Positions 29,661 to 46,857 of a stretch of DNA of 64,000 nt are shown here, piece after piece. The position numbers were made by a program, and so were the translations under genes. Origin of the DNA: the human T2T-CHM13v2.0 reference genome, Homo sapiens; the NCBI RefSeq assembly GCF_009914755.1, contig NC_060933.1. One strand, written 5' to 3'. The notes beneath the pieces were generated by a model that was given only the letters and a program-made list of their open reading frames with translations, had not been told where the DNA came from and searched no databases. Each line of letters begins with the position of its first letter. Position 1 is the stretch's first letter.

Positions 29661-30386
29661 GCACCTTAAGTATAACACTTAAGGTAATTAATGTGTAATT
29701 AATGCACATATTCTTCTAGATACACCTGCATACTCATATAATGTCACCCAAACCATTAAGTGATTTACTTGGTCCTTGGCCATCAGTCTGGTACACTGGA
29801 AAGGTACAGGCTCATTATAAGGGTATGATGAGGGTTTTCTACCGTAACTCTCTGGACTCCATAAACATCCCCAAAGAGAATTCAGATTATCTTTTCTACC
29901 TGTGTTTGAGGTGCCACAGCACAAAGCTCACTCCAGGCAGACAGAGGAAAGTGAGCACTGGGCAGGTTGAGGCAAGTATGAATCATCCTCTGACATCAGA
30001 CCCCTCCTTGGAAGCTTTATCATTGGTATGCTTAATCCAGTTCCATCTGAGCCTACATCAAAAGTGGAGAAGAATAAGTTTGGGGAGCAAAAATGTGGGA
30101 GTGAATTTGGTGCAAGGGGTTCACATTAAAGCATAGCATTCCAGAAGCCCATTTAAAATGGGTCCCGGGTTTCAAGAGAGTGAGCAGGGCAGGATATTCC
30201 CCAGGGAATCACCTGCATAGATGTGAGAGGTGATGCCATGGACCACCTCGCCAAGGAGGAATGCAGACAAAAAATGGGATGAGCACCTGGGACAGAGCCA
30301 TGTGGATGAGACAGAAAGATTCAGGCAGAAAGGTCAGAGGGGAGCCAGAGGGCAATCATACATAACTTTACAAAAAGTAATAACTT

Positions 30387-30683
30387 GGCCAGGGGCGGTG
30401 GCTCACACCTGTAATCCCAGCACTTTAGGAGGCCGAGGTGGGTGGATCACCTGAGGTCAGGAGTTTGAGACCAGCCTGTCCAACATGGTGAAACATCTCT
30501 ACTAAAAATACAAAAATTAGCTGGATGCATTGGTGGGCACCTGTAATCCCAGCTACTTGAGAGGCTGAGGCAGGAGAATTGCTTGAACTGAGGAGGCTGA
30601 GGTTGCAGTCAATGGAGATGATGCCATTGTACTCCAGCCTGGGCAACAGAGCAAGACTCTGTCTCAAAAAAAAACAAACAAAA
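30387..30683 (+). mobile_element. Alu (S-like)
   Basis: Alu consensus match. Confidence 0.9.
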
Positions 30684-30689
30684 GTAATA

Positions 30690-31245
30690 AATTATTAAGA
30701 GGAAATTCACATAACATTAACCATTGTAAAGCAGATAATTCAGTACATTCACAATGTTATACAACCACCACCTCTAGTTCCAAAACCTTTTTATTATCCC
30801 AAACGGAAATCCTGTGCTGTGTCCTGTAAATGGTCACTCCCCATTCCCCTCACTTCCAGCTTCTGGCAACCACTAAGCTGCTTTCTGTCTATGAATTTGC
30901 CTATTGTGCACATTGCACATAAATAGAATCATACAATATGTGCCCTTTTGTGAATGAGCTTCTTTCTCCTAGTATAATGCTTTCAAGGTTCAGCCGTGTT
31001 GTAACATGAATCAGTACTTCATTCCTTTTGATGGCTGAATAATAATCTATCATATGGATAGACCACATTTTGTTTCTCCATACTCTGTTGGTGGGCACTT
31101 GGGTTGTTTCCACTGTTTGGCTATTGTGAGCAGTGCTGAAAACATGGGTGTACATGTACTTATTTTAGTCCCTTTTTTCCATTCTTTTGGGTGTATACCT
31201 AGGAATGGAATTGTGAGGTCATATGGTAATTTTCTGTTTAACTTC
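30690..31245 (-). mobile_element. L1MB-like 3' fragment
   Basis: Minus-strand ORF 31050-31247 resembles the L1 ORF2 C-terminus (LPYDLTIPFLGIHPKE…WKQPKCP). Confidence 0.85.
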
Positions 31246-32190
31246 ATACATAACTTTCAAGCTCAGCCGCATCAGCGGTTGGCAATTAGAAGAAGGTTGT
31301 TGGAGAGAACTGTCAGTCAGCTGAGAGTCCTATCCCCATAAAGAGGGGGTAGTAGGGGATGCCTGCCTCATTTCAAGCTGTGGGAAAGAGGTTTTCAAAA
31401 GGGCCCCTCAAGCAGCTTTTATTTGTTCCTTGTAAACTGGAGAACATGACACACCTGAGAACTCCAAAGGGCTCCAGGTCATAGCTGACGGTGTCCCTAA
31501 TGGCTGCATGAGGTTGGCCTCCTCTCCTGAGTTTGTGAGCACAAAGTATGTGTGTGACCCATGAAGCAGAGAGGGGCTTCGCATTTAAGACAGATGGTGT
31601 TAAGATTTTCTTAGATCCTGATTACAACCACTGCCTTGGAGGGGTGAGGTGTGGAGCAAGAGCAAAACCAAGCTGGTGGTTGACTCCTGCATGCCGAGGA
31701 GCTGCAGATGGATTCTAAGCAACCAGGAAAAGCAGAGATGCCTCCTCCCATGTCCAGGGAGGATCCCATCCATTAGAGGGTGAATTTCCAAAATGAGGAA
31801 AGAAAAAGTGTCAGCATTTAATTCCTTCCCCGTGCATCTCATGACAGTATTACTCAAGTAAGGTCTTACCCACCTCCCTCCCAGTTATTGTACACTCCCA
31901 ACCCTGGAGAGGATGAAACTTCCCTAAGTAACTTGGGATGAGAGCTAGAAGCTCAAGTTTGGAGAGCAGTTAACCAAGCTTCCCGTCCTTCCTCACTGCA
32001 GACGTCCAGCCCAGAGCTCCTGAGAAAGAAGTTGGAGGGCTTTTTTGTTTTTAAACTTGTGCTGGGCAGGACTTACTAAGTTCTGAACTGAAACGAGTGG
32101 TTTTCATTCCTATGAGTGACACACCCAGCCATGAATTTCATCCAAGGCCTTGGAAGGTAAAAATGAAGTTGTTTATAATTAATTATCTCC

Positions 32191-32587
32191 TGTTATGGAG
32201 TAAATGTTTGCATACTCCAAAATTCATATGTTGAAATCCTGAACCCCAATCTGGTGATATTAGGAGATGGGGTATTTGGGAGGTGATTGGGTCATGAGGA
32301 TGGAGACCTCATGAATGGTACTGGTGTTCTTATAAAAGAGACCTCAGGGAAAAAAAAGAAAATAAAAAAGCGACCCCAGAGAGATCTCTTGATCCTTCCA
32401 CCATGTGAGGACACAGCCAGAAGATGGCCGTCTATGAACAGGAAGCAGGCCCCCATTAGATGCTGAGTTTACCAGTGCATTGATCTTACACTTCCCAGCC
32501 TCTAGAACTTTCAGAAACAGATTTCTGCTGTTTATAAGCCACCCAGTCTACGGTATTCAATTATGGCAGCCTGAACTGACTCAGACA
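32191..32587 (+). mobile_element. MLT1A-like MaLR LTR
   Basis: TGTTATGGA…AAATTCATATGTTGAAATCCT…ACTCAGACA. Confidence 0.8.
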
Positions 32588-33184
32588 TATCCCAGAAGTT
32601 GCACCTGTTCCAAGTGGTTAAATTTTTGTTACTTAGCCTCCTTAAGAACAAAGCTCGTGACTTCCTCTGTATCTGTTGCTTCTGTACCAGAGTCTGGCAT
32701 GTGGAGACACTGAGTACATGTTCTCTCTTTGTGCATAAACTCTGTTTACTTCCTCATCAAGCACTCCAGCTGGAACTCAGCAAGCAAACACAAGGCGTGC
32801 TTCACAGCCCTGGGCCTGGAGGCTAGTGCAGCAAAGGGTGAGACGTTCTGTGCCCTTCCTATGGGGATAGGTAGGGAGTGAAACTTTTACCCTGCCACCT
32901 CCTTTCCCCCATCAGCAGAGATTAACAGAATGGACATTCTGTAGACTGGATAGGAAAATGGAGCTAAAAGTTACTTATCTTGCAAAAATGTCATAATCTC
33001 CCCAAAGCTAGTAAGCAATTCTCTGTGTCTCTGTCCAAACGCTTGGGACACTAAGGCGGATTGTTTTTTTTTTTTTTTTTTTTTTAAACTCAAAAAAGAA
33101 GAAATGTTTACAAGGGAAAATCTACCAAATGTGACTTCTCCATACTGATCACCCATTAAGGCAGGGGGTAGACTCTACCACAAA

Positions 33185-33370
33185 TGGTGGTTTTCAAAGT
33201 TGAGTGTGCATCAGAATCCTATGGAAGCCTCGCTAAAACGGACTGCTGGCCCTCACCTCTTGAGTTTCTGAGTCAACAGGTCTGGGTGGGGCCAAATAAT
33301 TTTCATTTTGGACATGTTTCCAGGTGACGCCGATGCTGCTGGCCTGCAGAACACACTTTAGAGCCCCTGA
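33185..33370. mobile_element. MER5A relic
   Basis: GTGGTTTTCAAAGTTGAGTGTGCATCAGAATC…CACACTTTAGAGCCCCTG. Confidence 0.7.
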
Positions 33371-34462
33371 GTGAGACATAGGAGATTTGCTGGGATTCAA
33401 AATCACTCTTAAATTAACCACCCTAAAATTTTTAAAGTGTCTGAAAAATACCCTGAAAATAACTCTTTGCCCACCCTCCTCACCTCTGGCTAAATACCTG
33501 AGAGAGGTTTTCCAGGAGTTTCTTGCCCAAATCATTCCAGGCCCTTGCCCTGAAGCCTGCCTCGTTGTAATCACTGCATTCTCTCTGGTCTTCATATGAC
33601 TTCCAGTCCATCTCAAGAATAATGCTGAAATTAGAGAAACTCCAAGACATGAAGTCATCAGCACACTTCTGGTTCTATGTAATGATGAAAGGCAGACAGG
33701 TCAGCCCTAGTGGGGAAGCTCAGGGTTTTCCAAAGCTTTGGGATGAGGAAGCTGCATCCCAAAAGAGGGTCCTCTGAGATGGTTCTCAAGGATACGGCAG
33801 GGCCTACCTGTTGGTAGGAGGAACAAAAAGGGTCTTCTGGCCTACAGTCTTTTTCAAAGACTCATCTGGGTGACTTCCTTGCCTTCTACTCACAGAGCTG
33901 GTGTGATAAAATACGCATGGGGCTGCCTCCCCCATAGGACCCTCCCCAACCCCTTCTCCCCACCATGGGAACTCAAGTGGAATATAAGAGTGGCACCCAA
34001 AGGAGGAGAGACATGAAGATTCCCACAAGTTCTGTACTCAGCCTCACAGAGAAGCCTCTATCCATTGAGCACATTTGTGCCTCAGTTTATAATCAGTGTG
34101 GTCCTAAGGCAGTGGGTCTCAATGCTGAATCTTAGAATTCTAGAATCACCAGAGGGAGCTTTCAAAAAATACCCATGCTTGAAACCAGCTCACCCAGACA
34201 GGCATCTGTAAAAAAAGAGGGGTGGGGAGGTTTAAAGAGAAATGGAAGCAAATGTCCACGAAAGGATGTGTAAAATGAACAATGCTTACTGTATGCATAT
34301 AGCAAAAAAGTAGAAACAGGAGAATGGAAAAATAAATTGTAGTTAATTATTGGGAAGAGACTGAAGGCGACTTTCTAGAATGCTCAAAATGTATATCTTG
34401 ATCTGTGTGTGTATGTATCTGTATCTGTGAAAATAAGCAGATATAGATGTAGATATAGATAC

Positions 34463-35142
<680 letters not shown>

Positions 35143-35738
35143 TATATAATACATAATAATTAACACATAAGCTATACTCAAGATTAACACACTTCCCACA
35201 CTTTACATGGTTTATGCCTTGATCAACAGAAACAATGCCAGTGCTCAAGCCCTACTTCAGAGATTGTCATTTAATTGAATATTTTCCAAGCTTCCTGATG
35301 ATTCTCTTATGCAATCAATGTTGAGAAACACCGTCTCAGAAGATAGGGCCACCTTGGTCTGGGCCTGAGGCTAGAGAAACAAAAAGAGGCCTTGTAGGCC
35401 ATCTAAGACTGGCTGGACTCATCAGGGTTTTGCCATAGTACACACTTGTTTGGAATTTCCTCTGCACACGCACCCTTTGGGGACTGGTAGTGGTACCTGA
35501 CTGGTCAGGGGTCTTCTCATTGATCTTGTTAATTTGTGGCAATGCTCAGCAGAGAGGATACTGGGATTTGTGGGGGGCATCCCCACAGCCCTCAGGTTGT
35601 GAATGCAGCCACTGGTATCATGAACAGTGCTTTAAAAGGAGAGCAAGGCTCCAGTCTTGGGGGAGAATCCAGCAAGTGCAATCTGAAGCTGGCAGAGAAA
35701 GGGACCCATGGCAAGAGAGAGACAGGTCTCGCTCTTAG

Positions 35739-36069
<331 letters not shown>

Positions 36070-36947
36070 ATCACACCTGCACTTCTTGTAAAGAGAAGCA
36101 GTTCCTGCATTGGGAGAAAATGTGCTAATCTGGATCTGGGGCTGATACTGATTTTGAGAGCCAGCTCGCCCCCCCTTAAAAACATTTGGGGTTTGGGTTG
36201 GCAGAAGACAGCATTTGCTATGACCAGCTTTTTCCTCCTTCTCCTATTTCTCAGCCAGGGCTCGGGGGCTTGTGTGCTTCCAAGTCTTAATTATGATCCT
36301 GGATTTGAGGAATTCAGGGGGTGGATTCACACAGGATGGGGGAGTTATCAGTGAGCAGACAGAGGAGAAATACAAGGATTAATAACACGGAATAAATCAT
36401 GGTTAATTACTGGGAAGAGACTGAAGGCAACTTCAGCGGGTGTATCATCTTATTGGATGGAATTGGAGGGGGAAATTTAATGTAATTGTCACAAACACAA
36501 GGCCAAGAAAAAATATTACAAGTTCAGTTCCTTGAACTTTCTGTTTCTAGGAAGTGTGTTGTTCATTAGCTGTGGGAGAAACACAGTCACAGCTGGCGAA
36601 AGCTTTCAGAATTTATGTGCAGACAGAAAATGCTGGAAGTCATGACTGAGTCTTTCTCAATAAGGAAGTGGTCTGAAGTTTGTGAAGAATGTGGAGGGTC
36701 AACCAGTGCCTGAGAGGCTGGGGAAAGGTGAGGTTTTATGAAGAATTTAGGAAAAGTCTTAGGATTCTCTCTGGCCTCCAGTTAGAAGCAGCAATTTCAC
36801 CATTGGCAGTTTCAGTTGAAAAATATTTGGAGGGTGGATTTCCCAGCTATGATGTTATAAAAATAAGTGAAGGGAGGGAGTCAGGAGGAGACAGTTTAAC
36901 GTTGTTAAGAGTTTAGACTCAAAAAAAAAAAAAAAAAAAAAAAAAAA

Positions 36948-37257
36948 GGCCAGGTGCAGTGGTTCACACCTATAATCCCAGCACTTTGGGAAGCTGAGGC
37001 GGACAGATCACCTGAGGTCAGGAGTTTGAGACCAGCTGGCCAATATGGTGAAACCCCATCTCTACTAAAAATACAAAAATTAGCCGGGCGTGGTAGTTCG
37101 TGCCTGTAATCTCAGCTACTCAGGAGGCTGAGGCAGGAGAATTGCTTGAACCTGGGAGGCGGAAGTTGTAGTGAGCCAAGATCTCGCCACTGCACTCCAG
37201 CCTGGACCACAGACCACAGCAAGACTCCGTTTCAATAATAATAATAGTAATAAAAAA
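36948..37257 (+). mobile_element. Alu preceded by a 27-nt A run
   Basis: Alu consensus; TSD AAGAGTT(T/C)AGACTC. Confidence 0.9.
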
Positions 37258-37515
37258 GAGTTCAGACTCTGGTATATGGCTTGTGGCTGTCTGAGTTTGC
37301 TGTTCCCTTGTGCAATTTGCTAGCTGTGCCACCTTAAGCAAGTGATATCACCTTGTTAGACTTTTTACCTTCAATATGGGGCACCCTACTCACAAGCTGG
37401 GGCGCAGGGATTTTTAAACAAATAAGATGAACAGAAGAAGCATCCTCTCAGGAAGAACCTGAGGCTGGAGGTGCCACTGGAGAAGATTTATAGTTTTTCC
37501 AGACTAAAAGAATTG

Positions 37516-37601
37516 TTCAAGTTATTTGTTGTTTGTTTGCTTGTTTTTGTTTCTGCAGCCTAAAATAAAACTTTCAAATACAATAAAAAAAAAAAAAAAA
37601 A
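37516..37601 (+). pseudogene. Retroposed 3'-end stub (AATAAA + poly(A)) flanked by a TSD
   Basis: TSD AAAAGAATTG at 37506-37515 and 37598-37607; AATAAA at 37564-37569; A17 tail. Confidence 0.6.
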
Positions 37602-37661
37602 GAATTGCAGATGCTTCTCTCAAAACCCAAGAAAGCCAAGTAAAAATTAATGTTTTTCAAA

Positions 37662-38403
37662 TATGAAAGATCAAAACAGGGACCAGACATCAAGTATTGC
37701 TCTGAGACGGGCCTGAATCAATTTATGAGTTAATTTTTCCAAGGTTAAGGATATGCCCAGAAGGAAAAATACGGAATCACAGACACAGTCCGTGTGGTCT
37801 GTGCCTTTCTCCAAAGATGACTTCCAGGACTTCACTATTTAAAGGGGAAAAGCTGCTGGAGGGGAAAAAGGGAGGGTCTGGAAATCCACAAGTTGCAAGG
37901 GAAAAGGAGAAGGTAGGGGAATAGTCAATTATGGATTTGTTTTGCAATCAGTAACTCAGTGTTTACATAAGATAAGGCGAAAGTGGAGTAGCTGCCTGTG
38001 GAGATATTTAACCTTTTATCTGTGCTATCTGTTTAGGAACAAAAGGAAAGGCAGTTTCATTGTATGACTCAGCTTTTAGCCGTTTTTTTGTTTGTTTGTT
38101 TTTTTTTTTTTTTTGAGAAGAGTCTGGCTCTGTCGCCCAGGCTGGAGTGCAGTGGCGCAATCTCAGCTCACTGCAGGCCATTCTCCTGCCTCAGCCTCCC
38201 TAGTAGCTGGGACTACAGGCGCCCGCCACCACGCCCGGCTAATTTTTTGTATTTTTATTAGAGACGGGGTTTCACCGTGTTAGCCAGGATGGTCTCGATC
38301 TCCTTACCTCGTGATCCGCCCATCTCGGCCTCCCAAAGTGCTGGGATTACAGGTGTGAGCCACGGCGCCCGGCCGAGGTCCTGAGTTTTCATTTCCTTTC
38401 ACA
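37662..38403 (-). mobile_element. MER4-family ERV1 LTR interrupted by an AluY-like element (38083-38374)
   Basis: Terminal TTTCCTTTCACA; GTTTAGGAACAAAAGGAAAGGCAGTTT. Confidence 0.7.
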
Positions 38404-38809
38404 GCATTAAGTAGTGGCCATGACCCAACCCCTCTCTGAGGCAGTTTCTCCCACCACCATGGGGACATGTCCTGGATGGGTGTGACACTCCGAGGGAATT
38501 TGACTCTAGCTCCCCAAAGAGGTAAGGAGCTGGACTTCTTAGTTCCCTTCTCTCTACTCATCCCCTCCAACCTCCCCCTTGGCCGCTGTGGTTAATCTCC
38601 CTCCACACACACATGCACACACAGGTACTAATGAAGTCCTAGTTTGTGAGTGAGCAGGGACCTTGGAATAAGTCCTTTCCTAAGGTAGGGTCTTAAGTTG
38701 CTATCCCCCTAGGAGCCTGAGTGCCTAGAGGGAGGGCGAGGAGACAGCCACAGGCAAGTTGCAATATTTTCTCTACATATTCTGCCTGGAATCAAGATGC
38801 TCAGGAAAC

Positions 38810-40846
<2,037 letters not shown>

Positions 40847-42052
40847 GTAGTGTCTGCAAGAAGGAGGACTGACACATTATCCCCCCACTAGATGATTGCT
40901 CAGCAGAAAGGGGAGACTTCAGTGGAAACAAGACAGTATAGAATGGCCAGAAAGAGAAGGTGCAGGGATGATCACCTCACATAGGTGCAGAAAATGCCTC
41001 CTGCCTATGTGTCTACAGGCCGAGCTGGGCTAGCAGAGGTAGATGAACTTGGGGCAAAGGGTAAAAAGAATGGGCTCCTGATGCAATGGGGTGGAGGCAG
41101 CTTGACCAGGCATAGCCATCTTCCCAAGAGACCCTCAAACACGCTAGCGGGATGCTTGGGATGAGTCCCTCCTCAGCAGGAGCCCACTGGGGCCACCACC
41201 TGTCCATACCAAGCCTATAGATGACAAGCCAGGCCAGCGTAAATGGCCAAGGCGAGAGACCAAAACTACACCATAGCCAGTCACATAAAGAGCTATCTGT
41301 GCTTCCTCTCCATCCTTCCTACCCCGTTGTCAAAAATCTGTGTAAACACAGACAGAAGGGTGCGGGAATGAGCCTCTCCCTCCAGCCTTAAAGGCATCAA
41401 TCAAGGCTGTGCTGGGAGGAGGTGGAGCCTGGTAGACTCTGACTTGACTATGAGATGAACTTTAACATTTGAACAGTTCCAAGCTTTAACAACTGAAATG
41501 AATGGCTTTAATGTCAGGAAGTGACTGAAAAGTTAGGGAATCTGACTGAGATAGTGTGAGGGCAGCCTGTCCCCTAGTGGGGAAGAGGCTGTTCGATCCA
41601 GCTGAATTGGTTCTTGGAAAAGAACTTTTCTGTTCCTAGCTTAGGGAAAACGTCTCTCCTCTGCGTCCCTCACCACCCCAGGGAAGATTATCGCCTTCAG
41701 TTAAACTGGGAAATCTGTGGCTCTGAGATTTGGCTCTGAAATCTCTGGCTTTAATTCACCCAACAAAGGTCACACCTCTACCAATGGCAGTGCCCAGACT
41801 AGAGCCTGATCCGTCCTCCTCTGCCAGGGGAGACTGAGGCATGGTGTGTGCCAGGCAGCCACATGGGGAGTCCACACTGGGAAGTGGAAGCCTGGGGAAC
41901 CCTAGGTAAAGGTGGCCTGCCTGATGCAGGATTTACAATGTGAGCTGGTTTTTCTCTATCTTAGGAAGAGAAGAGGAAAACTTTCTGCTAATGTTATCGG
42001 TGGAGGCCATCCAGGCTCTTGGCATTTTGAACAAAGACTTGGCCAACCAGCT

Positions 42053-42125
42053 GGCCGTGTGGCCTAATGGATAAGGCGTCTGACTTCGGATCAAAAGATT
42101 GCAGGTTTGAGTTCTGCCACGGTCG
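42053..42125 (+). tRNA. TRR-TCG6-1: tRNA-Arg(TCG), degenerate copy, likely low or no activity
   Basis: 73-nt cloverleaf; A-box TGGCCTAATGG; anticodon TCG at 42086-42088; T-loop TTTGAGT instead of TTCGAGT; TTTT run ~14 nt downstream. Symbol is from recall. Confidence 0.88.
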
Positions 42126-42141
42126 TGGAGGGGTTATATTT

Positions 42142-43154
<1,013 letters not shown>

Positions 43155-43631
43155 TCACAAAAGGAATGACAATCCCCAAATTTGAGTGGATTTCTGGGTG
43201 GTTCAAGGAAGCTTCTACATGTTTTTCACAGGTAATGACACTACTAGTTAACAGCTCTGGATGTAGATGGGCAAGACTGGACGGCCATGCAGAGAAAAGA
43301 AAGGTGGGAGTGAAACTTTACAGAGAAAGCACCTGAGATGAGGGAAAGGCACCTTAGGTGTGTTTAAATAGCATTACAAAAGCTAAACATTAACCAGGAA
43401 ATACAAGCTTTTTTCCCTATCACCCAAGTGACACCTGCTTCGCTTTGTCTTAGGTTTAAAAATATATTTGATCCCAGGAAGGATCTGAGTGATCTAAGTT
43501 GGACTAAACAGGAGGCAGTCTATAGGGAATGTGTATTTTTCAAGTAGGAGCATTTCTTTGCCTCTTTTGTTCAGGATCTCATCATTATATATCGTCAATG
43601 ATTGGCAGTTTTTAATAAGAACTTAATTTGC

Positions 43632-43785
43632 AGAGAGAGAGAGAGAGAAAAGATAGGCAGGAAGGCAGGAAAGAAGGCAAGAAGGAAGAGAGGAAAGAAA
43701 GAAGGAAAGAAGGGAGGAAGGGAGGGAGGGAGGGAGAGACAGAAGGAAGGAAGGAAGGAAGGAAGGAAGGAAGGAAGGAAGGAGA
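43632..43785. repeat. (GA)/(GAAG)n purine tract in the C9orf152 3'UTR
   Basis: Direct reading. Confidence 0.95.
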
Positions 43786-44481
43786 TAACTCTGTGATGAT
43801 GCTGGAATGTACATGTCTCAGTGAGCAGTGACAGATGATTAGCCCTTTCTAAAGACCCCTTAAAGACACAAAATGGTAGGTAGCATTGATCTCACCTTCA
43901 TACCCTGGGTGACCATACTTTGGGAAGCCCAAATTGAAATGATGTGATCACTGCCAATGAGTGTTGTGACTTCTAAGTGAGATGGCCCCCCAGACATAGC
44001 CACCAGAAAAAGCATCTGAATTCTCAGAGCTTGTCTTCTCCAGAATATATGAGAAATCATCAGAAGACATTGAAAACAAGAATGCCACGCCCATTGACCC
44101 CTGGGCATTGCTAAGGCATTCTGTTGGCTAGGTCCCTGGTTTATGTTCCAAAATTATCCAGTTCCAGGGATGGAGCAGATGTCTTACTGGTCCTCCCCAA
44201 GGAATGGATATCCAGGACCTCATAGTAATGTCAGAATGGGGCTGCACTGACCAGACAGTCCTCTTCATCCTAAACTGTGGGCAATTTGGCCTGGGAAGTC
44301 TCTTCTTATTGGAAGGGTAAAACCATGTTACCATTGTGAAGTTCGTCTCCCACAATTCCTATAATTAGGTTAGTCCAGTTCTTGCTCATAGCTAGAGACC
44401 TCGTTGTGGCTCTGCCTCCTTGGTTCTTCTATAAGGCCATAGGTGGCCTCAAGGTCAAGACATCTGGCAGAATAGAAAGCT

Positions 44482-45008
44482 TCACGCTGAGCCATATAAG
44501 CCCAGGTTCCGGGCAGCTTGGGAGATCCTGGGTGTTTTCCTCTGGGGAAATGGATAGTAAGCTGGTTTGCCAGACCTGTGTGGGTTCTTTATGGAAAGAG
44601 GACATTGAGTGCTGAATTTTAAGCCAGATTCCACTGCCTTTGTTTGGGTATTGCCCACCTGGCATGGAAGCTGGGCAGCCTCTGGGATTCCGGTTCCTTG
44701 CTGAGTCATCTGATTGGTTTCAAACAAGTGTGTGTCTCCTTCAGGAGGGAGCCTTTGGTCAGATCCCACAAGCTTGCCCCTATGATGTACTTGATGACTG
44801 GTGTCCTGGGGGGAGGTTTGGACCAAACAATGCATCTCCAGGTGCGTGTGCCATGGAGACTTGGGGGCCTGAAGGCAGCCCTGGGCAGCCTCCTCCAGCC
44901 TCCCCTCCACCTCAGAATCTGCCTCTTCCAGGGACAGTGAGCTTCTTCTCTCCTTGTTAATCCAAACAGCATTGACCATCGATTCTGCAGGAGCAGGTGT
45001 GTTTCCTC
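44482..45008 (-). CDS. C9orf152: C9orf152 coding exon 2 (GNTPAPAESMVNAVWINK…ARNLGLYGSA*)
   Basis: TTCTCTTTTCAG acceptor ending at 45009; 527 nt; contains track ORF 44482-44979; 193+527=720 nt. Confidence 0.95.
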
Positions 45009-45224
45009 CTGAAAAGAGAATGCACCAGCAGGGTCATCACTGGAAGGGACAGGGGCGGCTCTCACTTAGGGGGTCTCATTGCTTTCAAGCTGAAGGAAGG
45101 CCATCCCCAGAAGGTTCCTGGTACATTTCATGTGTGTACATGTGTACACACACAAGATCTCACTTGCATGCTCACACACATGCCCTTTTACACCTCACCC
45201 ATATATACTCACACACACACAATT

Positions 45225-45470
45225 ATTCATTCATTCAACACATATTTATTGAGCACTTAATATGTGCCAGGCATTATTTATTCTAGGTCCTGGGAATACA
45301 GCAATGAACATTGAGACAAAACCCACACCTTCCGGGGTGTGTCCTGGTTGAGTAGAGACAAAATTGCATATTTATAATAAAATTTCGGGTGGCAATCAAT
45401 GCAATGGAAAATCTCAAGCATAATAGAGGGTCAAACACTGAAGTGGAGGAGTAAACTCTGGGAGGAGATA
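45225..45470 (-). mobile_element. L2 3' fragment
   Basis: ATTCATTCATTCAACACATATTTATTGAGCACTTAATATGTGCCAGGC. Confidence 0.75.
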
Positions 45471-45602
45471 GGGAACTAGCGTTTGGGGCTAAAAGAAAGG
45501 CAAGGAACAAGAGCACACACAGACTCACACACATGTGGGTTCACATATTCTCACCAGTGGAAAAGATTATTCTTAACTTACGGGGTTTTGTGTTCTGGGA
45601 TT

Positions 45603-45977
<375 letters not shown>

Positions 45978-46544
45978 TGAAGCAGCTCCTTTTAGAGAAC
46001 CAATCATTATCCTTCTCCTAGTCCACAGGCACTGCTCTGGGAGGACATCTGCAGCATTTACGGCTCCTCAGAACTGGCTTTAGGGTGAAAGAGGCAGACC
46101 AATGTCTCTTTTCTTTCTTGGGGACTTTTTTTTAAACCACCTAGTGGAATATGACAGTTCATTGTTAACTCTTGGTGGCAGTGAGAGGTATTGGAATGAC
46201 TGAAAGGCATTTTCCTTATAGAAAGCAGGTGTGTGACCAGCTTGGAGCTCCTCAGAGGTGTCACTTAGGTTCACTTATCTGTTCCGGCACCTGTTATCAC
46301 AGGAGGCCCTGGAGGTGACAATGTGCAGAGCAAGAGTGGGGAGATGATGTTGGAAGAATAAAGTCAGAAAGAAGCCCCTGAGCTCCAATTCAGGGATCCC
46401 AAAGAAACAGAAGACCAGCTGCAGCCATCTCAGCCAACAATTACTCTCCTGTCAACACTAACTCTAGTGTGACTCAAGATTTGTTCCGGCTTTGTAACTG
46501 GTTAATTCCTTAGTATTATTTTCCAGCATGAAATGAAGAAAACA

Positions 46545-46857
46545 CTTTTTTTTTTTTTTTTTTTTTTGAGATGGAGTCTTGCTCTGTCACCCAGGCTGGA
46601 GTGCAATGGCGCGATCTTGGCTCACTGCAACCTCCGCCCTCTGCATCCCGGGTTCAAGCGATTCTCCTGCCTCAGCCTCCCGAGTAGCTGGGTCTATAGG
46701 TGCCAGCCACCACGCCCAGCTACTTTTTTTTGTATTTTTAGTAGAGACGGGGTTTCACTGTGTTAGCCAGGATGGTCTCGATTTCCTGACCTTGTGATCC
46801 GCCCGCCTCGGCCTCCCAAAGTGCTTGGATTACAGGCGTGAGCCACCGCGGCCAGCC
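46545..46857 (-). mobile_element. Alu
   Basis: Alu consensus match. Confidence 0.9.

Noticed and set aside
43602-43831. Lys/Arg/Glu-rich and PSFL-repeat ORFs
   Set aside because: Translations of the (GAAG)n microsatellite
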